A stretch of DNA of 64,000 bases, from contig DASXIR010000153.1 in NCBI GenBank assembly GCA_036497895.1, positions 209 to 64,208 on the forward strand, given 5' to 3'. This DNA comes from Vicinamibacterales bacterium (GTDB lineage Bacteria > Acidobacteriota > Vicinamibacteria > Vicinamibacterales > CAVVIG01). The notes beneath the pieces were generated by a model, which was not told the origin of the DNA, ran no database searches, and was given only the letters and a program-made list of their open reading frames with translations. Positions 43,488-52,386 of this stretch are shown in pieces. A program made the position numbers and the translations under genes. Numbering within the stretch: the first letter of the stretch is position 1; every line of letters begins with the position of its first letter.

Positions 43488-45776
43488 GGTCCAATCGGGC
43501 ACCATGCGCCAGACCTGCAGCAAGCGGTGCAGCATGTCCTCGTGCTGTTTGAAGTGCGCTAACAGCATACGCTTCTCGAGCACCGCCTTCGACAGGCCGA
43601 GATGCTTCTCCGCCAGGCCACCGGTCATCGCGTTGGCCATCCACAGGTAGGCCGCGACCGGATCGACCCGGCTGGCCTTGAGCGGCAGGCGTTCGGTCAT
43701 CGCGAGCACCGGGCTCACGATCCGCGAGGCCATCCGGAACGTGACGCGGTCGGCGACCTGCAGGCCCCAGCCGATCGGATCCACGTCAACGGCCGCGATC
43801 CGGTCCGGCCGGTTGACCACGAAAAGCGTCCGCGCGCGAATCTCACCGTCGGCGGTCAACCTGAACGTGATCGTCTGCACGCCGCAGTGCACATATCCCG
43901 ATCGGTTGGCGAGCATGCCCGTCTTGCCGGCCGGGTTTGGGACAAAGGCGAAACCGTACCCGTACTCCGCAAGATCGATCGATCCAGGACCGTCCGTGTC
44001 CGTCACGAGACCAGGGCCGATCATCACGTACCCCGAATCGGTCGAGGCCTCGGCCTTCAAGACGATCCAGTCGTATTTCGAGCCGATCTCGCGCAAGTCC
44101 ACGATCTGCGCGCGCTCCTGGTTGACGAACTTGCCGATCTGACCGGTCGCCGCCAGCTTGAAGTACAGCTGCTGATACGACGTGCCCGCCATCCCGCTGA
44201 CGCGAAGCAGATAACGCAGGACGAATTCTCTGAGCTGCGCACGGATCGTTTCGGGATCGCCAACCTTCTGGCGATCGAAAAACAGGTCCTGCGCGAAACC
44301 CATGACCCCCAACCGGCTGCCGCCGACCGCGGCCTCGTCGAAAAACCCGAAGCCCTCGTCTGCCGGACCGTACTCCGAGGAGACGGGCAGCCGTTCGGCG
44401 TAATCCTCGTTGCGTTGCTTCCGTTGAAACCAGCGCTGGATTTCCCCGCCATCCGCGAGCGCGCGCTCGGCGAGGTCCAGCACTTCGAGATCGGCGGGCA
44501 GCATCGAGAGCGCCGTGCTCTCCACCAGCTGGAAATCCCGGGCCGAGATCAGCCGCACGTCAGCGCCGGACGTCGCGGCGATTCGCGGCCCGCCTGGAGC
44601 ACGGAACCGTCCGCGTTCGTCCACCAACCACAGGGTGTAGATGGTGGACGCGGCGCCATCAGGCATCACTGCAGTGTCCATCGACAATAGTCCGGACGCG
44701 CTGCTGAGAGCCCCGGTCCCGGACGACAGCTGGCCGTAGGCAATAACCCGCGACGCCTGGTCGCCGGCATGCCCGTCGCGATAGGTTGTGCCTTCGAGCG
44801 CATCCGCGACAATGGTCGCGACCGCACGGCCGGCGACGTCGCTGAGGATCAGTTCACGGCGTCCGTCGATCAGCCGGACCGCACATCGTCTGTCGGACGG
44901 GTCGAACCGGAGCGGGCCTCTGGCGTAACCGATCCGCTCGCCCTCTCGAAACAGGCTGCGGGGCCGACTGGCGTGCGCCAGATCGTTCTCGACGCGCGCC
45001 AACCGGATGTGCTCGTCAACCAGTCCGGCGCCGGCTCCCCCGTCGGACTCGCCGGCGAGGGTGAACACTCTCGTGTCCCGGTCAACGTTCAGGTTGTCGA
45101 GAATCGGTCCCAGCGTCTCAGCCGCTTCGAACGGTCCGTCATCGTCGAATCGTCCGGTCACCACGAGCGACGCCAGCGAACGCGACGCGATCTCGCCCAT
45201 CAGCGTGATGCTGCCACGCAGTCCCTTCAAGCTTCCCAGACCATCGACGACCACCGCCGCACCGGCAAACAGCAGGCGCGACACGCCATCCACCGATGAT
45301 GACGGATAGGTGCGGCCGGCGCCAAAAAAGCGGAGGCCGCTGCGGGTGCGATCCTCGAACCGCAGCACGCCACTCTGGATCACGAAGCGCTGCGACTGCG
45401 ACGCGTCGAGCTCAGTCGGAGGAGGCGGCATCGACGGTGTGGCTTCGAAGCCGTCGGGGGCGACCAGCCACCGCAGCGTCAGCGTCGCGAGCCGCTCGCC
45501 GATGCGGTTGGCACTCGTGATGCCGCTCTCCGACGTCGGAAGGCGTGCGTCGGCATCGAGGCGGTGCAGCGTTTCGCGAACGTCGAGGCCGCAGACCTGG
45601 ACCGGAAGCAACGGTGCGATCGACGCCGCCGTCGGTCCCGCCAGCGACATCAGGCCGGTCGAGAGCAGCGCCTCGCCGACCGGATTGCTGCCGACCAGGA
45701 TCGGCACCGACGCCCCGAGACCGGCCGTCGTCAACGAGAGATAGCCTGCTGATGGCGCGGGCGGCCGGACGATCAT
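43467..45776 (-). CDS. Large hypothetical protein: unknown N-terminal ~440 aa plus a C-terminal 'REIGSKY' domain
   Basis: 769 aa with GC3-rich codons. 4-nt gap to the upstream gene. The C-terminal ~320 aa aligns with 20034..21023 (see that entry). No family recognised. Confidence 0.7.
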   Translation of the reverse strand: MIVRPPAPSAGYLSLTTAGLGASVPILVGSNPVGEALLSTGLMSLAGPTAASIAPLLPVQVCGLDVRETLHRLDADARLPTSESGITSANRIGERLATLTLRWLVAPDGFEATPSMPPPPTELDASQSQRFVIQSGVLRFEDRTRSGLRFFGAGRTYPSSSVDGVSRLLFAGAAVVVDGLGSLKGLRGSITLMGEIASRSLASLVVTGRFDDDGPFEAAETLGPILDNLNVDRDTRVFTLAGESDGGAGAGLVDEHIRLARVENDLAHASRPRSLFREGERIGYARGPLRFDPSDRRCAVRLIDGRRELILSDVAGRAVATIVADALEGTTYRDGHAGDQASRVIAYGQLSSGTGALSSASGLLSMDTAVMPDGAASTIYTLWLVDERGRFRAPGGPRIAATSGADVRLISARDFQLVESTALSMLPADLEVLDLAERALADGGEIQRWFQRKQRNEDYAERLPVSSEYGPADEGFGFFDEAAVGGSRLGVMGFAQDLFFDRQKVGDPETIRAQLREFVLRYLLRVSGMAGTSYQQLYFKLAATGQIGKFVNQERAQIVDLREIGSKYDWIVLKAEASTDSGYVMIGPGLVTDTDGPGSIDLAEYGYGFAFVPNPAGKTGMLANRSGYVHCGVQTITFRLTADGEIRARTLFVVNRPDRIAAVDVDPIGWGLQVADRVTFRMASRIVSPVLAMTERLPLKASRVDPVAAYLWMANAMTGGLAEKHLGLSKAVLEKRMLLAHFKQHEDMLHRLLQVWRMVPDWTSEDLKI

Positions 45777-45780
45777 CGCG

Positions 45781-47364
45781 TCACAGCCGCGCCGCGGCGA
45801 TCAACAGCCATCCGCCGACGATCAGCAGCACCACGGCACCAACACGTTCGGCGCCGAGTCCCAGCACCGGCACCAGATGGCGCAGCATCGACGCCAGGCC
45901 GGCGAAGGCGACCAGGGTCGTTACCATCAGCACGGTCCGGTTCCGGACGTGCTCGGTTTCGTCCGCTTCCGGCACCTGCAGATTCAACCGCAGGCGTCCC
46001 TCCGACGCCATGGTCAGGACATCATCGAGCTTCTGAGGCAGTTCGACGAGCTCCTGAACCGCGCGCTCGATGGTGATCGCCAGGTGCTGCGGATCGAGCA
46101 GGTGACCGGCCTGGCCGGCGCCGATTCGAAGGCGCTCGTCTTCGAAGGCGCCGAGCAGCGTGTCGGTGTTTGGCGCGAGTTCGTCGGCGATGCGCGCAAC
46201 AGTCTGGAGTCCGTTGTAGAGATGCTGGTGGTGGGGCGAGATGCTCCAGCCCATCTCGCTGGCAACCCGCCACTGCACGAGCATGTGTTCGGCGAGTCGA
46301 TCGTCGCCGCTCCACTCGCCATCGCGGAACGGCACCGCCTGACGCAACCGGCGCCGCAACTCGCCTTCGACACGAGCCGATGCGTCCGCGCCTTCGATCA
46401 GCCAGCTCGCCGCGGCATCGGGATCGTCGGCGGCCACGGCACCCACATAGCTCGCGAAGTGGGCTCGCGCCGCCGATGGATTCGGTTCGAAGGCCGCACC
46501 GGTCAGTAACAGCCGATCGTCGGTGACCACGACGTCGCGAGCGTCGAAATCGTAGGGAACAAGATTGCAGCAGAGCGCCTGCCACAGCCACGCGCTGGTC
46601 AGGCGGCCGGCGATCCCCTCACCGGTTTCGGACTGTTGTTCGAGAGTTTCGCCGAGAACCTGTTCAACCGTCAGGATGCCCGAAGCGCAGTGGTCGCGGT
46701 AGCAGGCCGGAGCGCTGAATCCGCGGCCGTTCCGCGCTTCCGCGGCCACGGTCGCGAGCGACGACGCCTGCTGCCGTTGATCGAGCCGGCGCCGCAGGGT
46801 CGCCTGGTAGTCGTCAACCGCTTCAACGAGCGCGCTTTCGGTGACGTCGATCCACGGCGCAAGCAGCCGCAGCAGCGGAGCGTCCGTATCGATCTGCTGC
46901 GACGCATCGGGGCGCACGATCGTGACCATCGCCGGAACACCAGGCGCGAGCCAGGCCAGATGGCGCTCCGTCCAGGTTGTCACCGCGAAGGGCGTTTCGT
47001 GAAACTCGAAGAACAAGCGATCGACCGGCGCGCCGAGTTGATCGCGGACGAGCGTCTTGACTGCCGTGAATGGCAGCGGCCGGCCTTCGTCCGGAATGAC
47101 GCTCATCTCGGTTCGAAAACGCCGGGGCAGGAGGTCAAAACGTGCGGCCAGGTAGCGGCCGAAGCCGCCAAACACCGGGCCCAGCTCGATCAGTGTCGTT
47201 CGTAATCGGTGGCCGTCGTCTTCGCCGGATCCGAGGCGGCCTTCAGGCGGCGGCGAGCGCCGCGCGGATGCCGGCCGGCCGAGGGCGCGGATGACGGCTT
47301 CCACCTGCTTGCGCCGGCCGTGCTTGTCGATGCCGGTGTGGTTCGCCGCGGTGGGCGTGGCCAT
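45781..47364 (-). CDS. ABC1-derived pseudokinase-like protein, C-terminal TM hairpin (paralogue of 25684..27216)
   Basis: 527 aa. ELGPVFGGFGRYLAARFDLLP. VAVK is replaced by MVTIVRPD, HADLHPAN by PYDFDARD, and DFG is absent. C-terminal hydrophobic pair VLMVTTLVAFAGLA / VVLLIVGGWLLIAAA. Confidence 0.6.
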   Translation of the reverse strand: MATPTAANHTGIDKHGRRKQVEAVIRALGRPASARRSPPPEGRLGSGEDDGHRLRTTLIELGPVFGGFGRYLAARFDLLPRRFRTEMSVIPDEGRPLPFTAVKTLVRDQLGAPVDRLFFEFHETPFAVTTWTERHLAWLAPGVPAMVTIVRPDASQQIDTDAPLLRLLAPWIDVTESALVEAVDDYQATLRRRLDQRQQASSLATVAAEARNGRGFSAPACYRDHCASGILTVEQVLGETLEQQSETGEGIAGRLTSAWLWQALCCNLVPYDFDARDVVVTDDRLLLTGAAFEPNPSAARAHFASYVGAVAADDPDAAASWLIEGADASARVEGELRRRLRQAVPFRDGEWSGDDRLAEHMLVQWRVASEMGWSISPHHQHLYNGLQTVARIADELAPNTDTLLGAFEDERLRIGAGQAGHLLDPQHLAITIERAVQELVELPQKLDDVLTMASEGRLRLNLQVPEADETEHVRNRTVLMVTTLVAFAGLASMLRHLVPVLGLGAERVGAVVLLIVGGWLLIAAARL

Positions 47365-47382
47365 CGTGTTCGGACGCCGGTG

Positions 47383-48759
47383 CTAGCCCGCCATCGGGCG
47401 ATAGTGGAAGACCTGTTCGAGCGACGAGGTGCGCGTCAGTTCACCGTAGGTGTCGCGCAGGGCGGTTTCGCATGGCACCGTGATGAGGTCGTGCCAGGCA
47501 GACGCGATCTCCGGATCCGATGGCTCGTAGTGGATGTACGGCGCGATGTGCGAATCGTCGCGCGTCGTGTCGTAACGCATCAACAGCGACGAGACCAGGC
47601 CGTTGGTGATGGCGTCGTTCTCGCGCGCCAACCCCGAGTGATGGCGCATGAACGATTCCATCACGATCGGATGCCGCATGTTGACCACCGACAGCGCCCA
47701 GCCGACGCCCGCGAGGATGTTGCGCCGCGCGAGCTCGTGCGGCGCCTCGATGTCCAGTCGGCGGATGACCCGCCACGGCGCGTTGACCGACGGCAGCATG
47801 CCCATCGGCTCGAAGTACATCGCGCGGCCGGCGCCGTGCCAGTAGTAGCCGTGCAGATCCGGGTCGACGTTCGGGATTTCGCGATCGAGGACGCGCAGCA
47901 TGTTCGGATAGAGCGTCCGGGTGGCGAGGCCGAGCGACTCGAGCGCCGCACCGGTATGACCGCGACGCGACGAGTCGCGGCACAACTTCACGAAGCGGGC
48001 GATCGCCGTGCGGAGCACCTCGGGCGAACTGGTTGGCTCGAGCCTGACGAGGATCGCTTTCGCGAACGACATGCCGATGCCGGCGTGCAGCATGCTCATG
48101 CTCCACGGCGGCAGGGACGCATACTGCGGATCCGTGAGCAGGCCGGTCGGATCGGAACCACCCGCCGCTTTCTCGATCGCGACGTCGCCGAACCAGTTGC
48201 CGAGACCTTCAGTCGCCCACACACGTGGGAACGTCGGCATCGCCGCCACTTTGTCGACCAGCGTCTGGAGCGAATCGACGGTGTTGGCGTCGAGACCGAG
48301 CTCGGCGTGCACGTGCGTGACGAGCATGATGATCTGGAGCTTGTTGGCGAACTCCTGACTGACCGCCGGCGCGTCAATGCGCGAGACCAGAAGCGAGTCG
48401 AGCCAGCCGATTGGCGGCAGGCCGTACTTCACGACCGCCCCGAATACCGGGCCATCCTGCATCTCGGCGGCCATGTGCATCAGCATGCTCTGGTCGAATT
48501 CAGGAGCGCGGCCCATCATCAGATCGACGAGCGCGCGCTGAAAGCCGGTGCCCAGTTTGTAGGCCTGCTTCAGCCAGCCGTCGAGCTGCTGCTCGGCGAC
48601 ATTGCTCACCGAATCGAGTGCAGCGGTCGCACCGGCGAGACGTTCAGCCGACGGCGGCGCCATCAGGTTGCTGACCTGCTGGGCGCCGAACATCGAGATC
48701 GCCCACGGCAGCGTCATCGAAGACTTGACCAGTTCGCGCATCGTCGGTGTCTGGCTCAT
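47383..48759 (-). CDS. Hypothetical protein, DUF1702/UnbL-like (tentative)
   Basis: 458 aa. MLHAGIGMSFAKA, ALESLGLATRTL, HGYYWHGAGRAMYF and ILAGVGWALSVVN are Gly-aromatic blocks recalling DUF1702. SD GGAGGA lies upstream of ATG 48759. Confidence 0.5.
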   Translation of the reverse strand: MSQTPTMRELVKSSMTLPWAISMFGAQQVSNLMAPPSAERLAGATAALDSVSNVAEQQLDGWLKQAYKLGTGFQRALVDLMMGRAPEFDQSMLMHMAAEMQDGPVFGAVVKYGLPPIGWLDSLLVSRIDAPAVSQEFANKLQIIMLVTHVHAELGLDANTVDSLQTLVDKVAAMPTFPRVWATEGLGNWFGDVAIEKAAGGSDPTGLLTDPQYASLPPWSMSMLHAGIGMSFAKAILVRLEPTSSPEVLRTAIARFVKLCRDSSRRGHTGAALESLGLATRTLYPNMLRVLDREIPNVDPDLHGYYWHGAGRAMYFEPMGMLPSVNAPWRVIRRLDIEAPHELARRNILAGVGWALSVVNMRHPIVMESFMRHHSGLARENDAITNGLVSSLLMRYDTTRDDSHIAPYIHYEPSDPEIASAWHDLITVPCETALRDTYGELTRTSSLEQVFHYRPMAG

Positions 48760-48778
48760 GGGATCCTCCGGGCTGGCC

Positions 48779-50455
48779 TCAGTCGATAAGCGCTAGTTTT
48801 CGCAATGAGTCGCCGAGGACGAGTAGCGCGCCGGCGACCAGCGCGGCTTCGGCGGTAAACAAATTGAGGCCCAGCGTCGGCGCCGACGCCGTCAACTCCA
48901 ACAAAGCTGCAAACGCGACCACCACGCCCGCAAGTCGAATCGTGCGTCGCCGCAGTCGCACTTCCGGTCGTGCCAGCGTCCGGACGTCGGCGCGGCCGAG
49001 CGGCTCGCCATCGGCGACACGCCTCAACACCTTGGCGGCGCGTCCGGGGCCGTCCTCCAGCAGCCGGCCGCCGGTGGCTGCCAGAGCGGTCAACGTGCTG
49101 TAGCGGAATGTCCTCCGGCGCGCTTCCACCGCGACCCAGCGCTCGCAGACTTCCTCGAGGTGACGTCCGACGCTGAAGCCCGGCGCGAACCGCGTAATCA
49201 GACCATCCGCGGCGATCGCAGACCGGATGTATTTAATCACATCCCGCTCGGGCCCGATACCGGCCTTGCGGGAGAGCGTCAGGAAGTCGAGCATCACCAG
49301 CGTGAAGTTCTTCTTGAACACCGTCTCGCCGCCCTCGCCTTCATACCAGTCCTGCGAGGTTTCGGCGAGCATGCGACGGAACTTGTCGGGATCGGCGTCG
49401 TCGCGGAAAATCACCAGCTTCATGTAGTGATCCGCCATGGTCGACACATCGGCCCGGGTGTAGGCCAGCGTCATCTCGACCAGGTGACGCCGGGAGTAGC
49501 GGCTCAGCACACCGGTAATGCCGAAATCCACGTAGCCGACGACGTTGCGCGGCAGGATGAGCAGGTTGGCCGGGTGCAGGTCGGCGTGAAACACGCCGTA
49601 TTGGAAGGCATCGCCGAGGAAGTTGTCGATGATGTGCCGCGCGAACGTGTTGGGCTCGAATCCGGTCGCGCGCATCCGGTGCATGGTCCATTCGTCGCCG
49701 CTCTGCAGCGCGCGAATGTAGTCCATGACGGTGATGCCCGACATGAATTCCATCACCAGGGTGCGGCGCGTGGTCAGACTCCAGACGATTTCCGGCGCTC
49801 GCTCGTGCGGGTTGGTTTCGGCGTTGCGGCGCAGGCGATCGGCGTATCGCGCCTCGCGCCGGTAGTCGAGTTCCTCGTGGGTCCAGTCCACGAACTCTCC
49901 GCCTGGATCGAGCACCCAGACTAGCGACTTGATCTGGAAGCGCTTGATGATCCGCATCGCCACGATCAACAGCCGGATGTCCCCGGTGAAGTCGGCCTCG
50001 ACCGTTGGCCGCTGCACTTTCACCGCGACCTTTCGTCCGTGCAGGACGGCGGCGTAGACCTGGCCGATCGACGCGGTCGCCAGCGGCACCTGATCGAATT
50101 GATCGAAGATCTCACCCGGTGACTGCCCCAGCTCGGCCTGGAATGTCTGCTCGACGAAACGATAGGGAAACGGTTCGATGCGATCGAGCAGATTGAAAAG
50201 CTCGTCGCAGTATTCGAGCGAAACGATGTCAGGCTGGAGCGCCAGCATCTGACCGAACTTGATGAAGCTGCCGCCGAGATCCTCGAACAGGCGACGGAAG
50301 CGCTTCGGACCAGGCAACTGCGCCAGCGGCACCCAGCGGGTCAGGAACGGAAAGCGAGCGGCGTAGAGCGACGCGAGATAGGCAATGCCGTGGCGGAGCA
50401 GCACCCACAGGATGTGGGGCAAGCGGCGCAGCAGCGGACTGGCGTTCACAGGCAA
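48779..50455 (-). CDS. ABC1/UbiB-family atypical kinase, C-terminal TM hairpin (paralogue of 24036..25691)
   Basis: FIKFGQ, ATASIGQVY, VAVKVQRPT, EELDYRREARY, FHADLHPANLL and YVDFGITG. TTG start at 50455. Confidence 0.85.
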   Translation of the reverse strand: MPVNASPLLRRLPHILWVLLRHGIAYLASLYAARFPFLTRWVPLAQLPGPKRFRRLFEDLGGSFIKFGQMLALQPDIVSLEYCDELFNLLDRIEPFPYRFVEQTFQAELGQSPGEIFDQFDQVPLATASIGQVYAAVLHGRKVAVKVQRPTVEADFTGDIRLLIVAMRIIKRFQIKSLVWVLDPGGEFVDWTHEELDYRREARYADRLRRNAETNPHERAPEIVWSLTTRRTLVMEFMSGITVMDYIRALQSGDEWTMHRMRATGFEPNTFARHIIDNFLGDAFQYGVFHADLHPANLLILPRNVVGYVDFGITGVLSRYSRRHLVEMTLAYTRADVSTMADHYMKLVIFRDDADPDKFRRMLAETSQDWYEGEGGETVFKKNFTLVMLDFLTLSRKAGIGPERDVIKYIRSAIAADGLITRFAPGFSVGRHLEEVCERWVAVEARRRTFRYSTLTALAATGGRLLEDGPGRAAKVLRRVADGEPLGRADVRTLARPEVRLRRRTIRLAGVVVAFAALLELTASAPTLGLNLFTAEAALVAGALLVLGDSLRKLALID

Positions 50456-50505
50456 ATACTATATCGGTGACGCCGACAGTTCCTGATCCGAAAACGGCGA
50501 GGAGC

Positions 50506-50520
50506 GGCCCCACCGGGGCC
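50506..50520 (-). terminator. Short GC hairpin after the desulfhydrase-family gene
   Basis: GGCCCC-ggt-GGGGCC on the minus strand, 12 nt after the stop at 50532. A GTTTTC run follows only after 11 nt. Weak call. Confidence 0.3.
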
Positions 50521-50531
50521 ATGTTCATGGC

Positions 50532-51512
50532 TCACGCGAACAGTCCGACCTGTCCGCCGGTGTGCCAGAACAGCACCGTCTGCCCGGGTGCGAATTTCTG
50601 CTCGCGCACATACGCGATCAGGCCGGCCATCGCCTTGGCGGTGTAGGTCGGATCGAGAAAGACGGCTTCGGTTCGAGCCGTCAATTCGAGCGCTTCGCGC
50701 GACGCGTCGGTCGGGATGCCGTAGCCGTCGCCGACGAAGCGATCGTCGACCTCGATCGCAGTGCCCTGCGACAGATCCCTCGGCTCGATCCCCATCAGGC
50801 TCGCCACGCCGGTGACGATCGATCGCACCGTCAAAGACAAGGTGCCCGCATTCTCGTCGGCGCTGATGCCGACGACCCTGGTCGGCAGTCCAAGGAGCCG
50901 GCAACCGGCAACCAGTCCCGCCTGCGTGCCGCCGGACGAACTCGCGTGAACGATGACGTCAGGCGGCGGCATCTGCTCGACCAGTTCAGCGACCGCGAGC
51001 GCGAAGCCAAGCGCGCCAAGCGGCGTCGATGCGCCGATCGGAATCACGAACGGCCGGCGTCCTTCTGACCGCAGTCGCTCTTCGGCGGCGAGCATCGCCG
51101 GCGCGCGCTCCGGACGAGTCGCGACGTACACGACTTCCGCTCCGAGCAGCCGATCGAGGAGTGCGTTCGCGGACGGCCGATCCGGCGGCGCGCCATTGGC
51201 CACCAGGACCGCGTGCATCCCGAGCCTGGCGGCGGTCGCCGCGGTGGCCCGGGCGTGATTCGACTGAATGCCGCCTGCGGTGATGAGCGTATCGGCGCCG
51301 TCGGCGTGCGCTCGCGCCCCGACCAGCGCCAGCTTGCGGACCTTGTTGCCGCCGAATCCAAATGGAATGGCGTCGTCTCGCTTGATGAACAGGCGCGGAC
51401 CGTGACCGAGGCGCGCCGCGAGCGCCGGCATCGGCTCGACGATCGGCGCCGCGCCCACGAGCGGAAGCGAAGGAAAATGCGCGAGCGCTTCGCGCAACGC
51501 CCCAGGGGTCAC
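50532..51512 (-). CDS. PLP-dependent D-cysteine desulfhydrase / ACC deaminase family protein
   Basis: FIKRDDAIPFGFGGNKVRKLALV (PLP Lys) and TAGGIQSNHARATA. GTG 51512 gives the usual family N-terminal length and avoids overlap with the divergent gene at 51535. The ORF extends to 51626. Confidence 0.8.
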   Translation of the reverse strand: MTPGALREALAHFPSLPLVGAAPIVEPMPALAARLGHGPRLFIKRDDAIPFGFGGNKVRKLALVGARAHADGADTLITAGGIQSNHARATAATAARLGMHAVLVANGAPPDRPSANALLDRLLGAEVVYVATRPERAPAMLAAEERLRSEGRRPFVIPIGASTPLGALGFALAVAELVEQMPPPDVIVHASSSGGTQAGLVAGCRLLGLPTRVVGISADENAGTLSLTVRSIVTGVASLMGIEPRDLSQGTAIEVDDRFVGDGYGIPTDASREALELTARTEAVFLDPTYTAKAMAGLIAYVREQKFAPGQTVLFWHTGGQVGLFA

Positions 51513-51534
51513 GAACTGTATAGTAGAGGATTCG

Positions 51535-52386
51535 ATGGATCTGATCGCAGCTCTTCGTTCCGGCGCGCCCGTCATCGCGGCCGAACTGCGGCCGCCTCGC
51601 GCAGAGCTGGCCGCGGCCGAGGGCATGGATGCGTGGATCGATACCTATCACGCGGTGCAGCGTCTGACCCGGCAGGGCACGTTCGTGTTCCTCACCGACA
51701 GCGCGGTCGGCGCCCAGGAGGAGGACAATCTCCGGCACCTGGTCACCAACCTCGGCAACGACGTTCCTCGCGATCGCATCGTTCCGTTCCTGACCTCGAA
51801 ACACTCGCTCGAGTACTGTCTGTCGTATTCGGACCGCGCTCACCAGAACGGATTTCCTGCGCTGGTCGTACTCGGTGGCGATAAGTCCGTGGGGATGCCG
51901 CGGTCGGTGGAGCACGCCTGGCAGCTGCGGGAGTTGCTTCGGACCCGCGACCGCTCGCTGGGTCTTGGCGGCTGGGCCAACCCGCACGCCGATCCCGAAC
52001 GGCAAGTGGATTACCTCGTCGCCGAGAACTTTCATGCCGAGTTCTATCTGACCCAGGTGGTCAGCCATCATCATGCTGAACGGGTCGGAACCTTCATCGC
52101 CGCCGCCGAGCGCCGCGGGCTGACGCTGCCTGGTCTGTTCGGCGTGTTCTTCTATCGCAGCGCCAATCCGCGAACCCTGGACGCGTTGAACGCGTTCCTG
52201 CCTGTGCCGGTCGATGGCCTGACTCGCGATTTCGCGGAAGGGCTCAGCGCCGAAGAGGTCTGCGCGCGGACGATCCGGTCGCTGATGGACGTCGGCGCCA
52301 GGCATTTCTACATCAGCAATCTGCCGGCCACGCGCGCACAGCGCGTGCTGACCGACATCCTCACGAAAGTCGGGGTCACGGCATGA
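51535..52386 (+). CDS. Methylenetetrahydrofolate reductase-like (MetF family) protein
   Basis: 283 aa. AAELRPPR, FLTDSAVG, ALVVLGGDK, GWANPHAD, YLTQVV and ARHFYISNL parallel the MetF blocks FFPPK / TYGA / LRGD / YPE.H / TQ..FD / HFYTLN. SD AGAGGA lies upstream. Confidence 0.55.
   Translation: MDLIAALRSGAPVIAAELRPPRAELAAAEGMDAWIDTYHAVQRLTRQGTFVFLTDSAVGAQEEDNLRHLVTNLGNDVPRDRIVPFLTSKHSLEYCLSYSDRAHQNGFPALVVLGGDKSVGMPRSVEHAWQLRELLRTRDRSLGLGGWANPHADPERQVDYLVAENFHAEFYLTQVVSHHHAERVGTFIAAAERRGLTLPGLFGVFFYRSANPRTLDALNAFLPVPVDGLTRDFAEGLSAEEVCARTIRSLMDVGARHFYISNLPATRAQRVLTDILTKVGVTA

Noticed and set aside
20034-50455. Classical enediyne, PKS, NRPS or RiPP biosynthetic cluster
   Set aside because: I found no ketosynthase, acyltransferase, ACP, condensation/adenylation domain, thioesterase, or obvious precursor-peptide gene in any frame. 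Only the accessory-type UnbL/UnbV-like genes are present, so the cluster is reported as unclassified rather than as a known BGC type.
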